Source: Octopus sinensis (taxonomy: Eukaryota). Taken from it: a stretch of 64,000 nucleotides of DNA. The position numbers were made by a program, and so were the translations under genes. Of this stretch, positions 51,200 to 64,000 are shown in pieces. The stretch covers positions 64,542,001 to 64,606,000 of the forward strand of contig NC_043008.1 in assembly GCF_006345805.1 (NCBI RefSeq), written 5' to 3'. Positions within the stretch are counted from its first letter, which is position 1. Each line of letters starts with the position of its first letter. The notes beneath the pieces were generated by a model. It was not told the origin of the DNA. It ran no database searches and was given only the letters and a program-made list of their open reading frames with translations.

Positions 51200-51689
51200 G
51201 AGAGAAAGAGATAGATGTTGATATTGATAATATATATACACATATGCACATATGCATACTATGTATATTATGTATATATGTATGTGTATGAATGTACGTA
51301 TACCGGCATATATACCTACATAAATGCATAGAAATTAATACACCTCCGAATACATATAATGTACAACACCGTTTTTGCCCGCACATAAATATACAAAGTC
51401 GGTGATATTCAAATGTTATGTGTAACGATGTGTTTTAGAGAAATATAGCTTAAAAAAAAAACAATAACTTCCTGTATATCAAAAAATATATACTTAAAGA
51501 GATGGATAATGATGTATCTTGGATTTATAGGATCTCGTGTTGCTAGGGTCAGATGTTCCAGCGATTTTTAGAGATGAATAATGAAATAAAAATTGTATCG
51601 TTCTTTCGTTCTAAACGGATTAATGTTGCGAAATATAGTCATAAAGAAGAATTGTCACAGTGTTATGGTCGGTCAAAATATTGTTTCCA

Positions 51690-52520
51690 CTTCTTAGCAC
51701 AAGGTCAGTAAGATCGGAGGCGGGAGTGGGGAGGTCAATCAATTACAACTACCCCAGTATTTAGCTGGTACTTATTTTATAGACCCTGAATGATGAAATG
51801 CAAAGTTGACTTCGGCGGAATCTCAACTCAGAACGTAGAGAGACGAAATGCCGCTAAGTATTTTGCCCGGTGTGTTAACGATTCTGCCAGCTGCCCTGCC
51901 TAATGGTCAGTCACAATACTGGTTTCAAATTTTAGCACAAGACCAGAAGTTTTGGGGTTGGAAGCTGATCAATTACATTGCCCTCCTCCCGTGTTCAACT
52001 GGTATTTATTTTATCCATCCGAAAGAATGAAAGGCAAAGTGGATCTCGGTGGAACTTGCCCTCAGGATGTAAAGAAGTACGAAATGCTACCAAGCATTTT
52101 GCTCGGCGTGCTAACGATTCTTTTCTACTCTAGGCACAAGGACCGAAATTTTGGTGGGGGGGGGAACCAATCGATTCGATCGACGCCAGTATGCAACTGG
52201 TACTTAATTTATCGACCACGAAAGGATGAAAGGCAAAGTCGACCTCGGCAGACGAAATACCCATTTCTTTACTACCCACAAGGGGCTAAACACAGAGGAG
52301 ACAAACAAGGAGAGACAAACGGATTAAGTCGATTATATCGACCCCAGTGCGTAACTGGTACTTATTTAATCGACCCCGAAAGGATGAAAGGTTAACTTTG
52401 TCTTTCAACATTCCAAGGTTCGTAAATTAAGTACCAGTTGCGTACTGATGTCAATGCAATTGACAAGACACCTGTCCACAAAATTCTAGGCCGCGTGCAT
52501 AGAGCGCAAATAATAATAAA
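51690..52520. mobile_element. Pile-up of nested or partial family A SINEs
   Basis: GTCGATTA..CGACCCCAG..ACTGGTACTTA..CCCGAAAGGATGAAAGG blocks recur several times. Confidence 0.75.
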
Positions 52521-52770
52521 AGTAATTCTTTTATTCTTTTACTTCTTTCAGTCGTTTGACTGTGGCCATGCTTGAGCACCGCATTAAATGATAATAATAA
52601 TTGTTATTATTAAGCAATTGCAATATATAATATATAATAGCTCAGAAACAGCTGTAAGACTACATCTATATCTTTTCCTTATTAATGTCCTGAAAACTCC
52701 TCGCAGCCTTGGCTTTGTTATCTCATTTCGTCCAATATATACATACATACATACATACACACACGCACGC

Positions 52771-52845
<75 letters not shown>

Positions 52846-52988
52846 GAGAGAGAGATAGAGAGATAAATAGACAGATAGATTGATAGATATGTATGTATTA
52901 GATATACATGCATTCATGTATCGCACATTTTCTCTATCCTCTCTCTCACTCCCTCTCTCTCACTCCCTCTCTCTCTCTCTTTCTTTGT

Positions 52989-53019
<31 letters not shown>

Positions 53020-53297
53020 AGAAAAGATCTACTAATAGTTTCATGCTATAGAGATACAGTGATTTGGCAGATTCATATAGCGTGCCATGTATCTTCAATC
53101 AATATTTCAGTCTCAGTGCATATACTTTGGTGTATTTAAAACCAGGACGCTGGTCTGTGAGAAAACATGAGAAAAAAATGAAGATATAAACGGAAAGAAG
53201 GCTGATGCAAAAACTGGAGCGCAAAGAATGAAAGTTAAAAAGAAACAAAAAACAAGATCTTTGTCTCCTTTAACTGTAGAAATAATAATCAATGTAG

Positions 53298-53687
53298 TGG
53301 AGGCGCAATGGCCCAGTGGTTAGAGCAGCGGACTCGCGGTCGTAGGATCGCGATTTCGATTCCCAGACCGGGCGTTGTGAGTGTTTATTGAGCGAAGAAA
53401 ACACCTAAAGCTCCACGAGGCTCCGGCAGGGGATGGTGGTGATCCCTGCTGTACTCTTTCACCACAACTTTCTCTCACTCTTACTTCCTGTTTCTGTTGT
53501 ACCTGTATTTCAAAGGGCCGGCCTTGTCACTCTCTGTGTCACGCTGAATATCCCCGAGAACTACGTTAAGGGTACACGTGTCTGTGGAGTGCTCAGCTAC
53601 TTACACGTTAATTTCACGAGCAGGCTGTTCCGTTGATCGGATCAACCGGAACCCTCATCGTCGTAACCGACGGAGTGCTTCCATCCA
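53298..53687 (+). mobile_element. Family D tRNA-derived SINE, full length
   Basis: GGAGGCGCAATGGCCCAGTGG (A box)...TTCGATTCCC (B box). Perfect 14-bp TSD AATAATCAATGTAG at 53284-53297 and 53688-53701. Confidence 0.85.
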
Positions 53688-54743
53688 AATAATCAATGTA
53701 GCTGGTGTAGAATAATACAACCCAGAGGAGGCCAAAATCAGGGTGTTACACATTCTTGAACGGCTGAAGCCCTCCATTTCGACAACAAACTTGTCTATGT
53801 ATGTGTATATGTGTGTGTGTAAGTGAGCACACGCGTGATACTTTGTGTTTACCTCACACCCAACACTTGACAACCGGTGCTGGTTTGTTTACCGCCATTA
53901 CTTAGTGGTCAGCAAAAGGTAGAGATAGGATAAATACCAAGTTTAAAAAAAAACAAGTACCGAGATCGATTTATTCGACGAAACCCGATAAGTCTGTACC
54001 CCAGCATGGCCGCAAAACAATGTCTAAGTAAAAAAAAATAATAATGGTTCATACCCATGAATTGAAAACTGATCGACAGCTCAGCGACTATGGCGGTTAA
54101 GACTGAACACACAGCAAACACAAAGACAACTAAGTTATTCTACAAGGTCAGAAAATAATTTATACGGCATCAGTTGACGAATGTTCACCTAAAGAGGAGA
54201 CAGATAATGGGCGGTTTGCTATGGACCTAATTAGGCTATCTAGTGTTTTATATGACAACTATACTACTTTAACAACATACTGTTTTTCTTTCTGCTTTCG
54301 TGTCTCAGGTCTAGAATTAGGAAACTCGTCAAATTTGATGGAAAGGATTTTTTTCTTTTATTCTAATTATTTTTTCATTCCAGAGTTTATTTATGGCATT
54401 TTCGATAGACACACGTATACACATAGAATTATATATATATGTGTATGTATGAGTCTGTGTGTGTCTGCGTTTTCGTGTGTGTTTGTGTTTATAAGCACGT
54501 ATACAGTACACATGCTCGCATTCACGCACGCGTATATAAATTTACATAGGAAAAAGAGTATATATACACGCGCACACATTAATCTCTATATACGTGTAAG
54601 TATATGTGTGTAACTCTCTAAGCATAATAAATACCTATACGTGTATATACACTCATAATATGTATATAAGTACATTCGTATACACACACATATATATTAT
54701 ATACATATAGTATATATATATACATACATACATGCATATACAT

Positions 54744-54776
<33 letters not shown>

Positions 54777-56303
54777 CATATGTACTTGAGTGGTTTGATC
54801 ATATGCCTGCTCGGTGAGACCTGATATCGGACTAAACACACCATGTTAAACTCGAAAATGAAAGTGATAATGATATATTACTTTCACCTATTTCAAGCCT
54901 GCGATCTGTGCAGAATATTTAATAAATAAATTAAAAATTCATAATCATGTACTCAAGTTTTGCAGATTTTCGAGCCTTCCCACTTCTGCTTGTAAAGAAG
55001 TGGTGCAAACCACTTGACCATATGCAATACCCCATAGATGCATGCACACGTGCGTATATATATAGATATATATCCAATGGCTGAGATTAGTATCATGCTT
55101 TGAAACTCGGAGTACCAAGGAATTTGAATCAAACTGCTTTGATTCCTACATGTAACTCCCAATATGTGTGTTGAAGCTCTCCTTTTGTTTGTTCATTTGA
55201 TACGCCCAATTTCAAAAAAGAGCTACGAATATTTTTGTGCTGTAGAAATACAATCATTTACCCGAGACTCAGTGTATGCCATTAGATCTCTTTGAAAATC
55301 ATGAGGCTGGCGAAATCACGAGAAAAACGGGAAAGAAGCAGGAAGAAGATTGATGCAAAAATTGGAACGAGAAGAAACAGAAGAAAAGTAAAAATAACCC
55401 AAGATTTTCGTTCTCTTTGTTTGTAGAAGTCATGATTAATCTAATTGGTGTAGAATATTAGGCAGATGAGTCAAAGCATATGAGATAGCTACTCAATGCG
55501 GAGCAGTTTGTGACCTCCAGTTCAAAAAAAGAAACTTTTCTATGTGCCTACATCTGCTAGAACATTCGTATCTGGAATTATGTAATGTGCTATTATTCAG
55601 CTAACTTACATCACTTTGATTCATTCATATATTGCGTAGCTTTCTCCACAATCCTCTATTTGATTGCATGATCCTCTACTTGATCCCATACATAGTTAAC
55701 AAACTAAAGAAAATGGTGGTCTGCATTACAGCTTTTAAAATTTCCTTCGAATAAGCCGGAGTAATCTTTTTTTCATATATTGAGAACGGGTCGATACCAG
55801 ATGGAGACACTTACAGATATCTGTTGGACAAAACCTTGAGTAATTATATAAACAAACAAATCAGATGTGTTTAGTCAGTGGTTACTTCTTTTTTTTCTAG
55901 TGGCGTAGCGTGGATAATTACCATCCTGTTCGGTAGCTAAATTGACAGCCTCTTTCCTAAGGTAGCACACCTCCGACTACAACACTCACTCACCACCATA
56001 GACACAGGCACAGACACACTTACATATATTAAAGTAACCTCTTTGTGCGCTCCGCCTCTCCGCGCACCTTACGCTATATTACTGTTCGTTCTACAGCCTT
56101 TTCATTATAGGTACTTGAATTTATTCTAAATTCTAATTTCAAATGATAATAATCTCAAACATTGAATGTAGAGCTGTCTGCGGTTGATGTAAGAAGAAAC
56201 AGGAATGACTTCTTAAAATATCCCCATGGCAGTTCAACGTTGAATGTGGGAGGATGTATCTTGATTCGGCACTTCTGCTTTTTGATGTTCTGAGTTCTAA
56301 TTC

Positions 56304-56524
56304 TTCTTTCTTTATTGCCCACAAGGAGCTAAACATAGAGGGGGACAAACAAGGACAGACAAACGGATTAAGTCGATTAGATCGACCCCAGTGCGTAACT
56401 GGTACTTAATTTATCGACCCCGAAAGGATGAAAGGCAAAGTCGACCTCGGCGGAATTTGAACACAAGAACGTAACGACAGACGAAATACCGATAGGCATG
56501 CTAACGTTTCTGCCAGCTCGCCGC
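56304..56524 (-). mobile_element. Family A SINE, full length
   Basis: TSD CTGAGTTCTA(A/G)TTC at 56290-56303 and 56525-56538. Confidence 0.88.
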
Positions 56525-57465
56525 CTGAGTTCTAGTTCCGCTAGGGTCTACTTTGTCATTTATTCTTCCAAGGTCGATAGAAGGAAGTAGCAGCGAAGTA
56601 ATGAGAGTGTTGATATCGACTAATCCTTTCCTTTAAAAAAAATCCTGGTCCTTTGCTTTAATCAGAAGTCATAATTATTATCGCAGTATTTCTGATATTT
56701 ATGATGTTTTGAGGTTATCGTTGTTTTGTGTTTTCGAAACCTTTTGTCATGGAATTTTCAAGTATTAAATATTTGGAGTAGGATTTAATCAAATTGTGTT
56801 TACTTTATGTCAAGCTTCTATATAAGAAAGTATCTGCTTAATTGTTTGCATTTTATTTCATCCTGTCCGCCATCTTTGAGACAAAAAAAGTAAAAAGATG
56901 AAGACTTAAAAAGAAGCTTTTCTTTTTCATTTATTTATATCATAAAATGGCTTCTTTAAGAGGGGACACCTAAATCTCGAACGGAAGCAAACTATGCTTC
57001 TGCAGACAGTAAACAAGTAAAAAAAAAAAAATCAAACAAAAACAATATTCGATGAACAAGAATGTTTTGCAGCGGAACAAATAAAATTTAAATGGAAAGT
57101 ATAATGACTTTATTCTTGATAACAACACAGAGAATAGTTTCAATGACTTGCTTAGCAATAAGAACTGCAACACACGCATAACATTTTAAAACGACAACAA
57201 GCTAAGCCTCCAACAGCACTCACACACGAGCGCACATAGAAGATTGTAAATGCGAGTAGTTTTGCGGCTATTGCTTACAGTATGTAAAATTGGACGGAGA
57301 CAACGTCTCGGCAGGAAAAATGTATAACAATAGTGAGTCACAAAAGTCTATATCTCCTTGAGATAACACGACGGGAAGAGAGAAAAGCATAACTGTAGAA
57401 TGTTCAATGAGGGCTTCGAAGTAAATATTGACCCCTTCTTGTTTATAAACAACGTAATGTATCGC

Positions 57466-60400
57466 GTATACTTGGTATCGTATTGTAGATGAGTATACAT
57501 GGTATCAGATTATTAGTGAGTATAGTTGGTATGAGATTGTAGAAGAGTATACATCGTATCAGAATGTAGATGAGTATAAATGGTATCAAATTATTCATGA
57601 GTATACTTGGTATCTAATTCTAGATGAGTATACTTGGTATCAGATTGTAGATGAGTATACTGGTATCAGATTATAGATGAATAAAGTTGGTATGAGATTG
57701 TAGACGAGTATACTTGGTATCAGAATGTAGATGAGTATACATGGTATCAAATTATTGAAGAGTATACGTGGTATCTAATTCTACACGAGTATACTGGTAA
57801 CATATTGTAGATAAGTATACTTGGTATCAGATTATAAATGAGTATAGTTGGTATGAGATTGTAGATGAGTATACTTGGTATCAGAATGTAGATGAGTATA
57901 CATGGTAACAAATTATTGATGAGTATACGTGGTATCTAATTCTAGATGAGTATACTTGGTATCAGATAATAGATGTGTATACTAGGTATCAGATTGCAAA
58001 TGAGTATACTTGGTGTCAGAATGTAGATGAGTATAAATGGTATCAAATTATGATGAGTATACGTGGTATCTAATTCTACACGAGTATACTGGTAACATAT
58101 TGTAGATAAGTATACTTGGTATCAGATTATAAATGAGTATAGTTGGTATGAGATTGTAGATGAGTATACTTGGTATCAGAATGTAGATGAGTATACATGG
58201 TAACAAATTATTGATGAGTATACGTGGTATCTAATTCTAGATGAGTATACTTGGTATCAGATAATAGATGTGTATACTAGGTATCAGATTGCAAATGAGT
58301 ATACTTGGTGTCAGAATGTAGATGAGTATAAATGGTATCAAATTATTGATGAGTATACGTGGTATCTAATTCTACACGAGTATACTTGGTATCATATTGT
58401 AGATGAGTATAATTGGTATCAGATTATAAATGAGTATATTTGGTATAAGATTGTAGAAGAGTATACTTGGTATCAGAATGTAGATGAGTATACATGTTAT
58501 CAAATTATTGATGAGTATACGTGGTATCTAATTCTAGATGAGTATACTTGATATCAAATTGAAGATGAGTATACGTGGTATCAGATTATAGATGAATATA
58601 TTTGGTATAAGATTGTAGATGAGTATACTTGGTATCAGAATGTAGATGAGTATACATGGTATCAAGTTATTGATGAGTATACGTGGTATCGAAATCTAGA
58701 TGAATATACTTGGTATCAGATTGTAGATAAGTATAATTGGTATCAGATTAAAGATGAGTATAGGTGGTATCAGATGGTAGATGAGTATACTTGGTATCAG
58801 CATGTACATGAGTATACATGGTATCGAGTATACTTGATATCAGAATGTAGATGAGTATACATGGTATCAAATTATTGATGAGTATACGTGGTAATTAATT
58901 CTAGAGGAGTATACTAGGTATCAGATTGTAGATGAATATACTTGGTATCAGATTATAGATGAGTATAGTTGGTATGAAATTGTAGAGGTGTATACTTGGT
59001 ATCAGAATGTAGATGAGTATACATGGTATCAAATTATTGATGAGTATACGTGGTCTCTAATTCTAGATGAGTATACTTGGTAGCAGATTGTAGATGAGTA
59101 TGCTTGGTATCAGATTATAGATGAGTATACTTGGTATCAGGTTGTAGATGAGTATACTTCGTATCAGAATGTAGATGAGTATACTTGGTATCAAATTATT
59201 GATGAGTATACTTGGTATCTAATTCTAAACGAGTATACTTGGTATCATATTGTAGATGAGTATATTGGTATCAGATTATAGATGAGTATAGGTGGTATCA
59301 GATTGTAGGTGAGTATACTTGGTATCAGAATGTAGATGAGTATGCATGGTATCAAATTATTGATGAGTATACGTGGTAACTAATTCTACACGAGCATACT
59401 TGCTAACATATTGTAGATAAGTATACTTGGTATCAGATTATAAATGAGTATAGTTGGTATGAGATTGTAGAAGATTATACTTGGTATCAGAATGTAGATG
59501 AGTATACATGTTATCAAATTATTGATGAGTAAACGTGGTATCTAATTCTAGATGAGTATACCTGGTATCAGATTGTAGATGAGTATCCTTGGTATCAGAA
59601 TATAGATGAGTATACTAGGTATCAGATTGTAGATGAGTATACTTGGTATCAGATCATAGATGAGTATACTAGGTATCAGATTGTAGATGAGTATCCTTGG
59701 TATCAGATTATAGATGAGTATACTAGGTATCAGATTGTAGATGAGTATACTTGGTATCAGAATGTAGATGGGTATACATGGTATCGAGTATACTTGGTAT
59801 CAGAATGTAGATGAGTAAACATGGTATCAAATTATTGATGAGTATACGTGGTATCTAATTCTACACGAGTATATTTGGTAACATATTGTAGATAAGTATA
59901 CTTGGTATCAGATTATAAATGAGTATAGTTGGTATGAGATTGTAGGAGAGTATACCGGGTATCAGAATGTAGATGTGTATGCTTGGTATCAGATTATAGA
60001 TGAGTATTCCTGGTATCAGATTGTAGATGAGTATGCTTGGTATCAGATTATAGATGAGTATACTAGGTATTAGATTGTAGATGAGTATACTTCGTGTCAG
60101 AATGTAGATGAGTATAAAGGGTATCAAATTATTGATAAGTATACATGTTATCTTATTCTACACGAGTATACTTGGTATCATATTGTAGATGAGTATAATT
60201 GGTATCAGAATATAAATGAGTATATTTGGTATGAGATTGTAGAGGAGATTACTTGGTATCAGAATGTAGATGAGTCTTTATGTTATCACATTAATGATGA
60301 GTATACGTGGTATCTAATTCTAGATACGTATACTTGATATCAAATTGTAGATGAGTATACGTGGTATCATATTACTGATGAATATAGTTGTTATAAGATT

Positions 60401-63400
60401 GTAGATTAGTATACTTGGTATCAGAATGTAGATGAGTATACATGGTATCAAATTATTGATGATTATACGTGGTATTAATTCTAGATGAATATACTTGGTA
60501 TCAGATTGTAGATCAGTATACATAGTATCAGATTAAAGATGAGTTTAGGTGGTATCAGATTGTAGATGAGTGTACTTGGTATCAGAATGTAGATGAGTAT
60601 ACTTGGTATCAGATTATAGATGAGTATAAGTGGTATCTAATTCTAGAGGAGTATACTTGGTATCAGATTGTAGATGAATATACTTGGTATCAGATTATAG
60701 ATGAGTATAGTTGGTATGAGATTGTAGAGGTGTATACTTGGTATCAGAATGTAGATGAGTATACATAGTATCAAATTATTGATGTGTATACGTGGTATCT
60801 AATTCTAGAAGAGTATACTTGGTATCAGATTGTAGATGAGTATACGTGGTATCAGATTATAGATGGGTATAGTTGGTATCATATTGTAGATGAGTATACT
60901 TGGTATCAGAATGTAGATGAGTATACATGGTATCAAATTATTGATGAGTATACGTGGTATCTAATACTAGATGAGTATACTTGGCATCAGATTGTAGATG
61001 AGTATGCTTGGTATCAGATTATAGATGAGTATAGATGGTATCAGATTGTAGATGAGTATACTTGGTATCAGAATGTAGATGAGTATACATGGTATCGAGT
61101 ATACTTGGTATCAGAATGTAGATGAGTATACATGGTATCAAATTATTGATGAGTATACGTGGTATCTAATTCTACACGAGTATACTTGGTAACATACTGT
61201 AGATAAGTATACTTGGTAACAGATTATAAATGAGTATAGTTGGTATGAGATTGTAGAAGAGTATACTTGGTATCACAATGTAGATGAGTATACATGTTAT
61301 CAAATTATTGATGAGTATACGTTGTATCTAATTCTAGATGAGTATACCTGGTATCAGATTGTAGATGAGTATAGTTGGTATCAGATTAGAGATGAGTATA
61401 TTTGGCATCAGAATGTAGATGAGTATACATGGTATCAAATTATTGATGAGAGTACGTGGTATCTAATTCTAGATGAGTATACTTGATATCAAATTGTAGA
61501 TGAGTATACTTGGTATCAGATTATAGATAAGTATAGTTGGTATAAGTTTGTAGATGTGTATACTTGCTATCAGAATGTAGATGAGTATACATGGTATTAA
61601 ATTTTTGATGAGTATACGTGGTATCTAATTCTAGATGAATATACTTGGTATTAGATTGTAGATGTGTATACTTGGTATCAGATTATAGATGAGTATAGGA
61701 GGTATCAGAATGTAGATGAGTATACATGGTATCAAAGTATTGATGTGTATACGTGGTATCTAATTCTAGATGAGTATACTTGGTATCAGATTGTAGATGA
61801 GTATACTTGGTATCAGATTATAGATTAGTATAGTTGGAATGAGATTTTAGACGAGTATACTTGGGATCAAAATATAGATGAGTATACATGGTATCGAGTT
61901 TACTTGGTATCAGAATGTAGATGAGTATACATGGTATCAAATTATTGATGAGTATACGTGGTATCTAATTCTACACGAGTATACTTGGTAACATATTGTA
62001 GATAAGTATACTTGGTATCAGATTATAAATGAGTACAGATGGCATGAGATTGTAGAAGAGTATACTTGGTATCCGATACTAAGTATACTCATCTACAATT
62101 TGATATCAAGTCTACTCATCTAGAATAAGATACCACGTACTCTCATCAATAATTTGATAGCATGTATATATACCCATCTACATTCTGACGCCAAGTATAC
62201 TCATCTACAATCCGATACCAGGTATACTCATCTAGAATTAGATATCACGTATACCATCAAAAAGTTGATACCATATATACTCATCTACATTCTGATACCA
62301 AGTATACTCGTCTAAAATCTCATACCAACTATACTCATCTATAATCTGATAACAACTATACTCATCTACAATCTGATACCAGGTATACTCATCTAGAATT
62401 AGATACTACGTATACTCATCAATAATTTGATACCATGTATGCTCATCTACATTTTGATCCCAAGTATACTCGTCTAAAATCTCATTCCAACTATACTAAT
62501 CTATTATCTGATACCAAGTATACTCATCTACAGTCTGATACCAAGTATACTCATCTAGAATTAGATAGCACGTATACTCATCAATACTTTGATACCATGT
62601 ATACTCATCTACATTCTGATACCAAGTATACTCGTCTACAATCTCATACTAACTATAATCATCTAAAATCTCATTCGTCTAAAATCTCATTCCAACTATA
62701 CTAATCTATAATCTGATACCAATTATACTCATCTACAATCTAATACCAAGTATATTCATCTAGAATTAGATACCACGTATACTCATCAAAAATTTAATAC
62801 CATGTATACCCATCTACATTCTGATAGCAAGTATACACATCTACAATCTTATACCAACTATACTTATCTATAAACTGATACCAAGTATACTCGTCTACAA
62901 TTTGATATCAAGTATACTCATCTAGAATTAGACACCACGTATACTCATCAATAATTTGATACCATGTATACTCATCTACATTCTGATACCAAGTATACTC
63001 CTCTACAATCTGATACCAACTATACTCATCTATAATCTCATACCAAGTATACTCATATACAATCTAATACCAAGTATACTCATCTAGAATTAGATACCAC
63101 GTATACTCATCAATACTTTGTTACCATGTATACTCATCTACATTCTGATACCAAGTATACTCGTCTACAATCTCTAACCAAGTATACTCATCTATAATCT
63201 GATACCAAGTATACTCATCTAGAATTAGATACCACGTATACTCATCAATAATTTGATACCACGTGTACCCATCTACATTCTGCTACCAAGTATATACGTC
63301 TAAAATCTCATACCAACTATACTCATCTATAATCTGATAACAACCATACTCATCTACAATCTGATACCAGGTATACTCATCTAGAATTAGATACCACGTA

Positions 63401-63922
63401 TACTCATCAAAAATTTGATACCATGTTTACTCATCAACATTCTGATAGCAAGTATACACATCTACAAACTTATACCAACTATAATCATCTATAATCTGAT
63501 ACTAAGTATACTCATCTACAATTTGATATCAAGTCTACTCATCTAGAATAAGATACCACGTACTCTCATCAATAATTTGATACCATGTATATATACCCAT
63601 CTACATTCTGATGCCAAGTTTACTCATCTACAATCCGGTATCAGAATGTAGATGAGTATACATGGTATCAAAGTATTGATGAGTATACGTGGTATCTAAT
63701 TCTAGATGAGTATACTTGGTATCAGATTGTAGATGAGTATACTTGGTATCAGATTATAGATTAGTATAGTTGGAATAAGATTTTAGACGAGTATACTTGG
63801 TATCAGAATGTAGATGAGTATACATTGTATCAAATTATTGATGAGTATACGTGGTATCTAATTCTAGATGAGTATACTTGGTATCAAATTGTAGATGAGT
63901 ATACTTGGTATCAGATTATAGA
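57466..63922. repeat. 27-bp satellite array (~240 monomers) with a 6-mer (162-bp) higher-order pattern and an internal inversion at ~62074-63636
   Basis: Consensus AGATGAGTATACTTGGTATCAGATTGT. Variants cycle as ..CAGAATGT, ..CAAATTATT, ..CTAATTCT, ..CAGATTGT, ..CAGATTAT, ..GAGATTGT. Confidence 0.97.
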
Positions 63923-64000
63923 GAGAGACAGAGACACACAGAGATAGTATATTTTCTTGTAAATCTGAATGTATATATATTAAGGGCACAAAGTTTGATG

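Noticed and set aside
53298-53375. tRNA gene
   Set aside because: It has tRNA-like A and B boxes but continues into a SINE body with a TSD and has no clean acceptor stem.
523-55162. Dozens of ORF-track entries rich in YI/CV/HT/ER/LS repeats
   Set aside because: These are translations of (TA)n, (TG)n, (GA)n and (GATA)n microsatellites or of SINEs, with no protein-family motifs.
53150-55440. Diverged ~140-bp similarity between 53150-53290 and 55310-55440
   Set aside because: Probably two copies of an old repeat. It is purine-rich and low in identity, with no assignable structure.
57466-63922. CRISPR-like appearance of the short repeat array
   Set aside because: There are no unique spacers (monomers abut directly), no cas genes, and the context is eukaryotic.

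Overview
AT-rich, microsatellite-rich eukaryotic DNA. The SINE families look like those of Octopus or another coleoid cephalopod (recognition only, not a database match). I found no host protein-coding exon that I can support; nearly all ORF-track entries are microsatellite or antisense artefacts. Contents: (1) one pseudogenised, 5'-intact but 3'-truncated Tx1/L1-clade LINE (about 22.9-28.2 kb, minus strand; gag-like ORF1 and APE-RT ORF2); (2) several decayed Penelope-like (RT/GIY-YIG) remnants; (3) many tRNA-derived SINEs, a nested RTE fragment and two non-autonomous Helitrons; (4) a 6.4-kb 27-bp satellite with 6-mer higher-order structure and an internal 1.56-kb inversion. The main finding is a dense set of type I hammerhead ribozyme (HHR) motifs, about 13-14 including degenerate ones. 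They include a ~600-bp tandem repeat array (30071-32875) with one hammerhead per monomer, resembling a retrozyme or circRNA-producing multimer. There are also solitary hammerheads with compensatory U3-A8 and A3-U8 core variants. Most of these elements end at (TA)n tracts. All structures were folded by eye and none has been tested.
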